Origin: Oligoflexales bacterium
GTDB lineage: Bacteria > Bdellovibrionota_B > Oligoflexia > Oligoflexales > CAIYRB01
Direction: 5' to 3'
Assembly (NCBI GenBank): GCA_041736175.1
Contig: JBGSUI010000029.1
Span: forward strand, 1 to 23,023
Length of the DNA stretch: 23,023 nucleotides
Shown here: one piece after another, positions 8,087 to 17,208 of the stretch
Position numbering within the stretch: position 1 is the stretch's first letter
How the letters are laid out: every line of letters starts with the position of its first letter
Position numbers and translations under genes: made by a program
The notes under the pieces: generated by a model
Databases searched by the model: none
Told to the model about the DNA's origin: nothing
What the model saw: the letters and a program-made list of their open reading frames with translations, nothing else

Positions 8087-9633
8087 AGCCCTTCAGGGCT
8101 GCGGCTTCTTAAAAACAGATTATAGGAGAGATTGCTGGATTGGTTTTTAAAGGGATATCCTGCAAAATTCAGATACTGTTCAAATTCTAACCGCTGACCC
8201 TCAGACACTTCAAACGCGATCAGGACCCGACCATAATCGCTGCCATGGGAACGGTAATGAAAAAGTGAGATATTCCATCGCTCGCTGACCAGGGACAAAA
8301 AATCTCCTAGGGCAGCGGGACGCTCTGGAAACACAAAACTATAGATCTGCTCCGAAAGCCCATGGGGTGATAGGCCACCCACCATATGACGAATGTGTTC
8401 CTTGGCCAAATCGTTTTCGGTGAGGTCATGGTACTCATAGCTATACTGGGCGAGCGCTTGGGTCAGGCATTGGTGATCATGGTGGTTTTGCATAGCCACA
8501 CCTAAAAAAATCACGGCATCTGTAGTCCCGTTGGTACGAAAATTAAACTCCGTTATTTTGCGGTCCCGGAGAATTTCGCCACAAAACTGCTTAAGGGCCC
8601 CTGGTTGGTTGGCAAGATGGACCGCAAAAAGCCCTTCCCTCCCCGCTCCGGTCAGGGACCGTTCGGCCACAAAGGGCAGACGTTGGAATCCCATATTGGC
8701 ACCGGAATTAATGGTGACGATCTTTTTGTGTTTGAGTTGGTGTTGCGCGATATAGCTTTTTGCTCCAGCCCATGACAGCGCCCCTGCTGGTTCCATCAGC
8801 ACCCGAGATTCCATATAAAGATCTTGGATGGCCGCACAGATTTCGTCAGTAGTAACCCGGATAAACCCATCCACCATTCCCTGGCAGGCCGCAAAGGTAT
8901 ACCGTCCCACTTGTTTTACGGCGACTCCATCCGCAAAAACACCCACATGGTCCAGGACTACTCGATCCCCGCACTCGATCGATCGGGTCATCGCATCGCT
9001 ATCGAGAGGCTCCACGCCGATCACCGTGATCTTGGGGTTTACCGTCTTGATATAGGCGGCAATGCCGGCCAGGAGACCTCCGCCGCCGACAGGGACAAAG
9101 ACGTAGTCTACGTCCGGTAACTGTTCCACAATCTCCTCACCTATGGTGCCCTGACCGGCAATCACCAGGGGATCATCAAAGGGATGGATCATACAGGATT
9201 TTGTTTTTTCAACGATTCCAAGACAATGCTCAAAAGACTCGGTGTAGTGGTCCCCGTGGAGAACGATTTTGGCACCGTAACGAGCTACGGCTGCCACCTT
9301 GATATCAGGCGTGGTGCGGGGCATCACAACCCATGCCTGGAGACCCAGCCTTTGGGCGCTGTAGGCAACTCCTTGGCCGTGGTTTCCGGCTGATGCGCAG
9401 ATCACCCCGCGCTGCTTTTCGGCGTCGCTAAGGAGCGCAATCCGGTTGTAAGCACCCCTAATTTTGAAAGAAAAGATCGGCTGTAGGTCTTCTCGTTTAA
9501 TGTAAATCTCGTTTTCCAGAGCTGCTGAGGCCATAAAGGCCAGATCCAACGACGTTTTTTTAGCGATGTCATAGACCTTAGCTTTGGTGATCCCATGGAA
9601 AATCTGATTTACGAGGGCCTGATCCATGCCCAT
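8083..9633 (-). CDS. ilvA: Threonine ammonia-lyase (threonine dehydratase), biosynthetic
   Basis: KREDLQPIFSFKIRGA (PLP lysine), ASAGNH, VGGGGL, FADGVAV, and two C-terminal regulatory repeats (FPERPAAL, WNISLFHYR). Confidence 0.95.
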   Translation of the reverse strand: MGMDQALVNQIFHGITKAKVYDIAKKTSLDLAFMASAALENEIYIKREDLQPIFSFKIRGAYNRIALLSDAEKQRGVICASAGNHGQGVAYSAQRLGLQAWVVMPRTTPDIKVAAVARYGAKIVLHGDHYTESFEHCLGIVEKTKSCMIHPFDDPLVIAGQGTIGEEIVEQLPDVDYVFVPVGGGGLLAGIAAYIKTVNPKITVIGVEPLDSDAMTRSIECGDRVVLDHVGVFADGVAVKQVGRYTFAACQGMVDGFIRVTTDEICAAIQDLYMESRVLMEPAGALSWAGAKSYIAQHQLKHKKIVTINSGANMGFQRLPFVAERSLTGAGREGLFAVHLANQPGALKQFCGEILRDRKITEFNFRTNGTTDAVIFLGVAMQNHHDHQCLTQALAQYSYEYHDLTENDLAKEHIRHMVGGLSPHGLSEQIYSFVFPERPAALGDFLSLVSERWNISLFHYRSHGSDYGRVLIAFEVSEGQRLEFEQYLNFAGYPFKNQSSNLSYNLFLRSRSPEGL

Positions 9634-9709
9634 AAACTCCCTATCAATTAAATTGAGCTAAGCTCGAGATCTTAAAAGAAATTTGATTTCTACCCTCAAT
9701 ACGCCCAAT

Positions 9710-9738
9710 TTGCCAGCTTTATTGAAAATCTGTACCAT
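9710..9738 (+). promoter_or_regulatory. Putative sigma70 promoter for ybbA-ybbP
   Basis: TTGCCA (9710-9715), a 17-nt spacer, then TACCAT (9733-9738), about 50 nt upstream of the start codon. Confidence 0.5.
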
Positions 9739-9790
9739 AGAGAGATCTTCCGCCTCTCCCCCCCTTGTCCCCGCAATGTTGGAGTTGATG

Positions 9791-10453
9791 ATGCTTACAC
9801 TCGAAAAAGTCACTAAGGTTTATGAGCACCAAAGGGGAGTCATCACGGTCCTCCAAGACCTGGATTTTGCCGTGAGACCCGCCGAAAAAGTCGCGATTCT
9901 CGGACCTTCGGGCTCGGGAAAATCAACGCTGCTCTCCCTTCTATCGGGCCTCGACCGCCCCACCCAAGGAACCGTCAAACTTCTCGACCAAGACCTGGGG
10001 GCCATGGAGGAAAAACAAGTCACTAAACTCAGAGCTAAGACAATAGGCATTGTGTTTCAACAGTTTCATCTGATGAGCCATCTCACAGCTTTAGAAAACG
10101 TCGCCCTGCCCCTTCGGATCCTTCGTCGCACCACTCCCTACGAAAAAGCCACCCAAGCCTTGGAGCAGGTGGGCCTCGGCAGCCGGCTTAATCATTTTCC
10201 CCACCAGATGAGCGGAGGCGAGTGCCAACGGACCGCACTGGCACGGGCGATCGTCACCGAGCCGCCGCTGATCCTAGCGGACGAACCCAGCGGCAATCTT
10301 GATAGCCAGACGGGCGATTTTGTAATGAAAATACTATTTGATTTAGTCTCCCAAACAAAAAGCACTCTGATCCTTGTCACCCATAACGAAGCTCTCTCCC
10401 AATGGTGCAGCCGACGTCTCCTCCTTAAGGGAGGAAAGCTCCATGAGGTCTGA
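9791..10453 (+). CDS. ybbA: ABC transporter ATP-binding protein, LolD/MacB/YbbA family
   Basis: Walker [19 protein letters not shown], signature MSGGECQR, Walker [12 protein letters not shown], and LVTH. Start moved from 9683 to ATG 9791 (or 9788) because GGAG lies at 9781-9784 and the promoter lies downstream of 9683. Confidence 0.9.
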   Translation: MLTLEKVTKVYEHQRGVITVLQDLDFAVRPAEKVAILGPSGSGKSTLLSLLSGLDRPTQGTVKLLDQDLGAMEEKQVTKLRAKTIGIVFQQFHLMSHLTALENVALPLRILRRTTPYEKATQALEQVGLGSRLNHFPHQMSGGECQRTALARAIVTEPPLILADEPSGNLDSQTGDFVMKILFDLVSQTKSTLILVTHNEALSQWCSRRLLLKGGKLHEV

Positions 10454-13124
10454 GTCACCCCTACCCCTTTGGATCCATCTGGCTTGGCTTGAGACCAAAA
10501 GCCACCGGGCGTTTACCCTGGGTTTCGTGCTCAATGTTTGTCTTGGCATGATCGGCTTCTTGACCATAGACGCTTTTAAAAGCTCGATCCAACAACAACT
10601 CAGCAGCAAATCACAGTCAGCCCTCGGAGCTGACATCAGCATCTGGGCCTCGCGCCTGATCAGCGACGATGAAAAACAGTCCATCACCAAGACCTTGCCC
10701 CCCGGAGCTAAGGTTCGCTACGAGACCAGCCTCCTCAGTATGGCGACAGGAATCCCCGTCACAACTCCCGCTACAACTCCCGCCCCAAATCCCGTCCCAA
10801 CCGGCAGCACTCGTCTCGTGGAGATCCGGGCGATCGACCAGTCTTTTCCTTTTTATGGGGAACTCACCCTTAAAAATCAGGGCTTCATCAACACCGGGTC
10901 TCCCAAAGATGTGGTCGACAATCCCCACGTCTGGATCAGCCCCGAGCTAGGGATTCAGCTGGGTCTAACCATCGGGGATCAACTCAAACTAGGTAACGCC
11001 CTGTTTACCATCACCGACGTGGTCACCAATGACCCTGGGGCCATGCCATCGGGGCTTAGCTTTGCCCCTAAGATCTTTGTGGGCCAAGATTTCCTCAAGG
11101 AAACAGGACTCGCCGACGCTAGGTCGCGCCTGTGGCAAGCGATGATGGTGGCCACCGGCTCCTCCTCATCCCAAGCTGACGGGCTCGAACCTATCGTCAC
11201 CTCCCTACGCCAAGCCCTTGGCAAAAGCGATCTCAGGGTCCGCAGCCATATCAATGCCGCCAACGATCGCAATCGAGCGCTTATTTACCTTAACGACTAT
11301 CTAGGTCTCGTGGCCTTAGTGGCCCTGTTTCTAGCAGCTGTGGGTGGGTCTTTTTTGTTTCAGAGTTTTCTGGGACGGCGGATTACGGCCATTGCAACAC
11401 TGGCGGCTTTAGGTCTCGACCGTATGGAGTGCCGTCTTGTTTATGGCTCCCAGCTGGTGCTCCTGGGCTCCATGGCCACCGTCTTAACCCTTCTTATAAG
11501 CCTTGGAATATTGCCACAACTCCCCTGGCTTTTAGGGGGCATCCTGCCCGAAGGGATCAAGCCAGCCTTGAGTTGGCAAAGTGCGGGGATCGCGCTGCTG
11601 CTTGGAACCTTTGGCAATCTTTTGGTCTGCCTCCCTATCCTGCATCGTTTAGGATCGATCCAACCCTCCCGCCTTTTTCAGGAAGGCCAAGGGGACGGGC
11701 TCCCCTATTCTTTCGACTATAAACAACTTTGGACTTGGCTCCCCGCTGCCGCCGCTTACTGGATGCTTGCCATCCAGCAGGCCCATTCCTACCGGGTGGG
11801 ATCCCTTTTTATCGGCATCTTTATCGTGGCGCTGTTGATCTTTGCGGGGTTTGGCCTCCTGCTGATCAAATTCCTCACCGTCACCCGTAAAGCCACCGGC
11901 AATCTTTCGCTGGACCTAGCGACTCTCGCCTTGGTGCGCCATAGGACGGGGACCATCGCTAGTTTTGTCGCCATCGGCATGGGAACCCTTCTGGTAAACT
12001 TGATTCCTGCTATCAAAAACATCGTCGAATCCGAACTCCAAAGACCCCAAGGCAAGGCACCGCCCAGCCTCTTTTTGATCGATATCCAAGAGGAGCAAAA
12101 AGATCGTCTCACCCAACTTGTCCCACCTTTAACCGGCGGCGTGGGCCTTGAAAATCTATCGCCCCTGATCCGGGCGCGGCTCACGGCGATCAATGGGGAC
12201 ACGGCAAAAGCCTCGGGCCAAAACCTCGACAATTCTGGTTCCTCCACACGGGAAGAAGAAGAGAGCGAGCGGTTTGTCAACCGCGGCTATAATCTTTCCT
12301 ACCGCGGAACCAAACTGGCCTCGGAAACCATCACTGACGGACGGTTTTTTTCTGGCGAATTTATCCCTGATCCCCAGGTCAGCAACCCAGCCAAAATCCC
12401 AGAAATCTCCGTGGAAGAAAGGTTTGCCTCCAGGCTTGGACTCAAACTTGAGGATGTGATGAGCTTTGATATCGAGGGCGTCCAAGTCCAAGGCCGGATC
12501 ACCAGCCTGCGCAAGGTCAAGTGGACGTCTTTTGATCCAAATTTTTTTGTGCTGTTTCAACCTGGTGTTTTAGAAGCGGCTCCAAAAACCTACATCGGGA
12601 CGATTCCCACCCTTTCGTTAGAGGTCAAAACCCAGACCGAAATGCAGCTCGTCCGGGAATTCCCAAATATCTCCATGATCGACCTCACCGCAACTGGTGC
12701 GAGGATCTTAGCCCTCGCCGAGCAGATGTCACAGGCCTTGTCCCTGATGGCACTGCTCACCCTGATCTCAGGGCTTGCCGTCCTCTTTGCCATCGCCCAC
12801 CACCAGGCCCAAAAACGGGTGATCGAGATCACCCTCCTTAAAATCTTAGGCACTGATTTTGGGACGATCCGCATCAATGTGATTTTGGAGTTTGCGATCT
12901 TAGGCTTTGCAGCGACGACCCTTGGATCCCTGGTGGGGATCACAGCCTCGTGGGTGCTAGCCTCCCAAGTGTTTGAATCCCAGTGGACCCATGACCCCCT
13001 CACTCCCTTAGCCTTGGCTTTAGGGTTAGGAACCACCTGTACGGTGACCGGCTTTTATGCGGTCAATCGTATCCTTAAAGTCAAACCCATCGTCCTGTTA
13101 GGCAATGCGCTCTTCGATAAATAA
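10443..13124 (+). CDS. ybbP: Type VII (MacB/FtsX-like) ABC transporter permease, YbbP family
   Basis: Two FtsX-like halves with [36 protein letters not shown] and LKILG motifs. ATG 10443 has a GGAGG ribosome-binding site and overlaps the ybbA stop by 11 nt. Confidence 0.88.
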   Translation: MRSESPLPLWIHLAWLETKSHRAFTLGFVLNVCLGMIGFLTIDAFKSSIQQQLSSKSQSALGADISIWASRLISDDEKQSITKTLPPGAKVRYETSLLSMATGIPVTTPATTPAPNPVPTGSTRLVEIRAIDQSFPFYGELTLKNQGFINTGSPKDVVDNPHVWISPELGIQLGLTIGDQLKLGNALFTITDVVTNDPGAMPSGLSFAPKIFVGQDFLKETGLADARSRLWQAMMVATGSSSSQADGLEPIVTSLRQALGKSDLRVRSHINAANDRNRALIYLNDYLGLVALVALFLAAVGGSFLFQSFLGRRITAIATLAALGLDRMECRLVYGSQLVLLGSMATVLTLLISLGILPQLPWLLGGILPEGIKPALSWQSAGIALLLGTFGNLLVCLPILHRLGSIQPSRLFQEGQGDGLPYSFDYKQLWTWLPAAAAYWMLAIQQAHSYRVGSLFIGIFIVALLIFAGFGLLLIKFLTVTRKATGNLSLDLATLALVRHRTGTIASFVAIGMGTLLVNLIPAIKNIVESELQRPQGKAPPSLFLIDIQEEQKDRLTQLVPPLTGGVGLENLSPLIRARLTAINGDTAKASGQNLDNSGSSTREEEESERFVNRGYNLSYRGTKLASETITDGRFFSGEFIPDPQVSNPAKIPEISVEERFASRLGLKLEDVMSFDIEGVQVQGRITSLRKVKWTSFDPNFFVLFQPGVLEAAPKTYIGTIPTLSLEVKTQTEMQLVREFPNISMIDLTATGARILALAEQMSQALSLMALLTLISGLAVLFAIAHHQAQKRVIEITLLKILGTDFGTIRINVILEFAILGFAATTLGSLVGITASWVLASQVFESQWTHDPLTPLALALGLGTTCTVTGFYAVNRILKVKPIVLLGNALFDK

Positions 13125-13176
13125 AGGGAGGATACCGTTCCAGGCGTACCGGCCGCAAGCGGGCTAGAGATTCCGT

Positions 13177-13204
13177 TTGCAGCGACCCAAAAAATCGCTA
13201 TAGT
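13177..13204 (+). promoter_or_regulatory. Putative sigma70 promoter for the serine protease gene
   Basis: TTGCAG (13177-13182), a 16-nt spacer, then TATAGT (13199-13204), 35 nt upstream of ATG 13240. Confidence 0.4.
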
Positions 13205-13239
13205 CCCACCGACCGAATCAAATACTTGGAGAGTTGTAA

Positions 13240-14244
13240 ATGATTAGAAAATCTCTTGGCTTCAGTGCCTTTATCCTCATGCTGAACACCCAGGCAAGCT
13301 TTGCTCGCGCCGCGACCCAAGATCCCGTGATCCACTTGGGCTCGGGGCTTCCCCTTGTGAACGACCTTCACGACAGTCGCGGACCTCTCGAAAGCCTTTT
13401 AGACTTTGCTGGGGGAGCGACCACCTACCAGATTGGCGACGAATGGGGCAAAATACCCGTGGGTCCCGACGACTTCGCCGGTGAACCCTTGCTCCTCCGT
13501 GCCGCCCAAGCCACGGCGAGCCTTGGGGGTGGAACCACTTTTTATTTGGGAACCTTCAACGGCGAAGCCGTGATCGCCACCAACCATCACGTTTGCAATA
13601 GTCTGCAAGCCTGCAAGGGCAAGACAGCGCGGTTTCCCCTCCTTAAAAAAGAAGTCAAAGTCACCCGCTCCCTCGGCACCTGGAAGGAGATCGATCTTTC
13701 TCTCTTAGTCGTCACGGTCCCACAAGACGACACAGAGATCTTAGAATCGGTGGCTGCAAACTTCGATTTCAAGTCCGACATCGTCCCTGGACAAACCCTT
13801 TTTACCGCTGGATTTGGAGTGGCGCTCAACCCAACCCGCAACCTCGTAGCCAATCAGGACCGCGACTGCAAAGTTTTCTCAAAAGAGAACGAGTTTAGGT
13901 TTATGGATGACCCGGATAGCCTCAATCCAGGAGGCTACAAAACCTGGTCTTTTGCCAACGGCTGCGACGTCAGCCATGGAGATTCCGGCTCCGCTATCGT
14001 CGACCGCCAAACCGGTCGCCCGATCGGCATTATCTGGACCGGTAAAATCCCTAAAGACCCCTCGGTCCAAAACTCTGCCCACCTCGCTGAGCTTGTGGGA
14101 TCGGATGATTCCGAAGTCTGGTCCGAGCTGTCCTATGCCGTGCCGGGTCTTAAAATCAAAGAGTACCTCTCTGGTCAGCTTGAAGCTGGCGCGGTGCTTC
14201 CGGATGCCGTATTGACCTTACAAGCTATTTTAGTAGAACCGTAA
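13240..14244 (+). CDS. Secreted trypsin-like (S1) serine protease
   Basis: Signal peptide ending near ARA. Catalytic triad motifs ATNHHVC (His), IDLSL (Asp) and HGDSGS (Ser). GGAG ribosome-binding site. Confidence 0.85.
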   Translation: MIRKSLGFSAFILMLNTQASFARAATQDPVIHLGSGLPLVNDLHDSRGPLESLLDFAGGATTYQIGDEWGKIPVGPDDFAGEPLLLRAAQATASLGGGTTFYLGTFNGEAVIATNHHVCNSLQACKGKTARFPLLKKEVKVTRSLGTWKEIDLSLLVVTVPQDDTEILESVAANFDFKSDIVPGQTLFTAGFGVALNPTRNLVANQDRDCKVFSKENEFRFMDDPDSLNPGGYKTWSFANGCDVSHGDSGSAIVDRQTGRPIGIIWTGKIPKDPSVQNSAHLAELVGSDDSEVWSELSYAVPGLKIKEYLSGQLEAGAVLPDAVLTLQAILVEP

Positions 14245-14265
14245 CAACAAAACGAGAACCTATTT

Positions 14266-14541
14266 ATGGAAACCTTTAAGAAATTTTCTGGGATCACTCT
14301 GGTTTCTGGCCTCTTAGGCCTCCTCCTAGTCACCTTTGTGGCACCGTCCATTGGCCGTCTTTTGATCTCAGCTCCCGTCTCTTTTGGGACCAACTGTGAG
14401 CCCGCCGCGGACTGGGCGGTTTCCATGTTGATACGATCTCAGATCATCGGCTTTTTTGGGGGTATTATCTTGGGTTGCAGCGTTTATTTTTACCTTAGAT
14501 TACGTCAAAACAAAGCCAATGCCAGCCTAGAGTCCATTTAA
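14266..14541 (+). CDS. Small hypothetical membrane protein with two predicted transmembrane helices
   Basis: 91 aa, two hydrophobic stretches and a basic C-terminal tail (RLRQNK). Starts 21 nt after the protease stop. Confidence 0.7.
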   Translation: METFKKFSGITLVSGLLGLLLVTFVAPSIGRLLISAPVSFGTNCEPAADWAVSMLIRSQIIGFFGGIILGCSVYFYLRLRQNKANASLESI

Positions 14542-14636
14542 GGTGCCCAAGGCGCCTCCTAGACTTTAACCACTGTCCAACCTTTGACCAACCTAGCTTA
14601 AAAACCTGCCGCCCAGGCCGTCACCCTCGACCTTAT

Positions 14637-14660
14637 GGCCTGCCTTGGCAGCAGGCCTTT
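14637..14660. terminator. Probable intrinsic terminator between convergent genes
   Basis: GGCCTGC (14637-14643) pairs with GCAGGCC (14651-14657) around a 7-nt loop and is followed by TTT. The U-tract is short. Confidence 0.45.
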
Positions 14661-14670
14661 AAAACCAAGT

Positions 14671-15300
14671 TTAAAAGAGACCTAATCGACACCAGGTGTG
14701 GCGATACAAGAAACCCAGCAGAGAGTCAGCTTGTGGTCTACTAGCTAATCTAGAAACTCTACTGATTTCATAACGATCAACATCAAATGTAAGTAGGTCT
14801 TGGTTTAAATCACCTCGACAGGCATAAGACCTGAGGATGGAGCTTTTGGACAATATTCGCTCTAAATGAGTTTGCCATTTTTGGTATATCAGTCTCTGCA
14901 AAAGGGGTTTGCCCTGATCTTGGATATAGAGGCCAATCAGAGACGTAATTTTACGGGACCAAACATCTCGTTCAATGGTTTGGAGCAGACGTTCGTCCCA
15001 TTCGGTAAGCGAGCCTTCGTCTTCGATAGGTCGGATGATATAACCTCGGCGGCCTAAAAAGGGCGCTAAATCCGTGGCCATCTTGGATGCATAGGACCCC
15101 ACCAAGAGAATAGTTGTTGACGCTTTAGGGGGCACATTTTTGGAGTCTGAAGTTGGATACAGGTTTTCCCACACAAGAGACGGGACCTCCTGGGATCTAA
15201 GGTCATGGTAGTACCCTTCGATCGCTTTTTTTAAGTCAGTAAAAACCTTTTGGGGGGACTCTTTCCAGGTTTTGTCGCTTGCTGCAAGATCAAGGGTCAT
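14671..15300 (-). CDS. Hypothetical protein, probably a degenerate beta-carbonic anhydrase-like protein lacking zinc ligands
   Basis: 209 aa with an ATGA overlap with the SulP stop. By-eye colinear similarity to beta-CA (see findings). Confidence 0.65.
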   Translation of the reverse strand: MTLDLAASDKTWKESPQKVFTDLKKAIEGYYHDLRSQEVPSLVWENLYPTSDSKNVPPKASTTILLVGSYASKMATDLAPFLGRRGYIIRPIEDEGSLTEWDERLLQTIERDVWSRKITSLIGLYIQDQGKPLLQRLIYQKWQTHLERILSKSSILRSYACRGDLNQDLLTFDVDRYEISRVSRLASRPQADSLLGFLYRHTWCRLGLF

Positions 15301-17054
15301 TTGGTGCTCCCTTCATCGGTTTGGCTCTTATTCCCACGACTTGAGACGACCTCTGGCATAAGAATCTCGTTATTCACAGAAACTGGGTCGAGTTTATGGT
15401 TTGCTACCCGCGCCGCATAGGGATGCTTTGAAAAGGTCTTAAACTTTTCAAGACCAGTAAGTTCTACGGATTGGTTTCCGTAGCCGAGTTCTTGGGTGAA
15501 AGCTGTCAAAGCAATCATCGAAGTGCAATCAATAAACTTAGAGTGACTTAGATCCACTTGAATTTTCCGGGCTTTGACTTGGCGGAGGGTGGTGAGCATT
15601 GGCAGCAGATTGGCAAACGTCAGAGGAGAGTAAACACCGACGACGGTCGTTTCTTCCCGAGATTCTTTTTCGCCTTGGGTGATACGGAGGCTCGGGACCG
15701 TCAGATTCTTAAGAGTCCCGGAGATGGATAGATTAAGAATCAGTTCGCACGCAAGTCCAACGCCGATTCCAATCAAAAGGTCGGTCATGATCGTGACCAC
15801 CAGGGTGATGGCAAATACTGCAAATTGTTCTGGACCCTTGTGCCAGGATTCTAGCCAATGCTTGGGGGAGGCTAATCGGTACCCAGTAAACACCAGGAGT
15901 CCCGAAAGTGCGGCGGTCGGGATCATATGAATCGCTCCTGGGAGACCGATAGCAAAGAGGGCAATAAAAAGACCATGGAAGATATTAGACCAGCGGGTCT
16001 GAGCGTTTGCATTGAGATTTGCCGAACTCCGCACGACTTCGGCAATCATGGGTAAGCCGCCCACCATTCCACACAGAAAGTTGCCAAACCCCACAGCGGT
16101 CAAGTCTCGGTTAGCATCCGAAGGTCGCCTTTCTCGGTCGAGGGCTTCCACTGCTTTTACAGTCAATAGTGATTCGAGGCTTCCCACAGCGACGATCATA
16201 AACAACCATTTAAGCCAGGTGGCTGATTGGATTTGGCTAAAATCAGGGCTGATATAGGCTGTGGAAAGATCGCTTGGGATGTTGACCAAATACTGTGGAC
16301 CGATCGTCGACTCATATCCGAGGACGTTGACGTTGTGTTCGTGGGAAAATCCCAACGCCCAGGAGGCAACGATCGCAAAGCTCACCACCACCAGGGGAGC
16401 TGGGATTCTCTTAAGAAAACGCTGGAAAAGCCGCTGGCTGATAAAAGGCCACACCACCATAATCCCAAGAGACAAGCCTCCTACCACGGTGATCGCTGGG
16501 TTGAGATGCATAAGTAAGGCGGGGATTTCGAGCAAAAGGTGAAAGGGCTCTTTTGCCGACGGGATGCGCCCCATCATCGAGTGCGCTTGTTTAGAGATGA
16601 TGATCACCCCAATGGCTGACAACATCCCGTGGACTGAAGATATGGGGAATGCTTGGGAGATCTTGCCAAATTTTAGCTGACCCATAACCATCTGGATCAC
16701 CCCCCCTACGGCAATCGCGGCGAGGGTTGCCTTCACCCCGACCACGCTTTGTCCTCGGCCGAGCTCCTCCACGGCTCCGAGAATAATAACGATCATCCCA
16801 GCTGCGGGACCTTTGATACTGAGGGGTGAGCCGGCAAACAAACCTACGACGATCCCTCCGATGGCCGCGGTCATAAGCCCAGACATGGCAGGAAATCCAC
16901 TGGCCATGGCGATCCCTACCGAAAGGGGGAGTGCCAGAAGAAAAACAATAAAACCCGACAGTATATCCTGAGGCCACTGGTCTTTGCGGGGAAAAAACCC
17001 GGATCCCCCCCCGCTCCCACGATAGGCTTTTTTCAGATCTAGGGCCTCCGTCAT
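15297..17054 (-). CDS. sulP: SulP/SLC26-family inorganic anion (probably bicarbonate) transporter with C-terminal STAS domain
   Basis: DILSGFIVFLLALPLSVGIAMASG, IKGPAAG, SLESLL, GGLPMIAEVVRSSAN, and STAS-like VDLSHSKFIDCT. True start is ATG 17054 (AAGGAGG upstream), not 17255. Confidence 0.92.
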   Translation of the reverse strand: MTEALDLKKAYRGSGGGSGFFPRKDQWPQDILSGFIVFLLALPLSVGIAMASGFPAMSGLMTAAIGGIVVGLFAGSPLSIKGPAAGMIVIILGAVEELGRGQSVVGVKATLAAIAVGGVIQMVMGQLKFGKISQAFPISSVHGMLSAIGVIIISKQAHSMMGRIPSAKEPFHLLLEIPALLMHLNPAITVVGGLSLGIMVVWPFISQRLFQRFLKRIPAPLVVVSFAIVASWALGFSHEHNVNVLGYESTIGPQYLVNIPSDLSTAYISPDFSQIQSATWLKWLFMIVAVGSLESLLTVKAVEALDRERRPSDANRDLTAVGFGNFLCGMVGGLPMIAEVVRSSANLNANAQTRWSNIFHGLFIALFAIGLPGAIHMIPTAALSGLLVFTGYRLASPKHWLESWHKGPEQFAVFAITLVVTIMTDLLIGIGVGLACELILNLSISGTLKNLTVPSLRITQGEKESREETTVVGVYSPLTFANLLPMLTTLRQVKARKIQVDLSHSKFIDCTSMIALTAFTQELGYGNQSVELTGLEKFKTFSKHPYAARVANHKLDPVSVNNEILMPEVVSSRGNKSQTDEGSTK

Positions 17055-17150
17055 GATCGTCCTCCTTTTATAGCTGTTCGAAAACAGGTGACAAATGTCT
17101 CCCTCTTGACAAGCTACTCCAATCGGTCTTACACCTTCCTTGCCGCGGGA

Positions 17151-17188
17151 TGACATTTTCCGATCAGTGAGATTGCGATCTTGTAATC
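17151..17188. promoter_or_regulatory. Candidate CusR/CopR-type operator
   Basis: Imperfect palindrome GATTGCGATCTTGTAATC (17171-17188) resembling the TGACA-N4-TGTAAT cop box, plus a TGACA half-site at 17151-17155. Located in the divergent sulP/response regulator intergenic region. Confidence 0.4.
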
Positions 17189-17208
17189 TTTGGCTAACAG
17201 AGCTCTTG

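Noticed and set aside
9683..9790. N-terminal extension of YbbA (and similarly 10374-10442 for YbbP)
   Set aside because: The extensions overlap the promoter or the upstream gene. Better ribosome-binding sites support starts at 9791 and 10443.
17005..17012. C8/G8 homopolymers near the 5' ends of sulP (17005-17012) and tesA (3063-3070) as phase-variation tracts
   Set aside because: They are only 8 nt long, both genes are in frame, and the tracts encode Gly or Pro runs. Read-level length variation would be needed.
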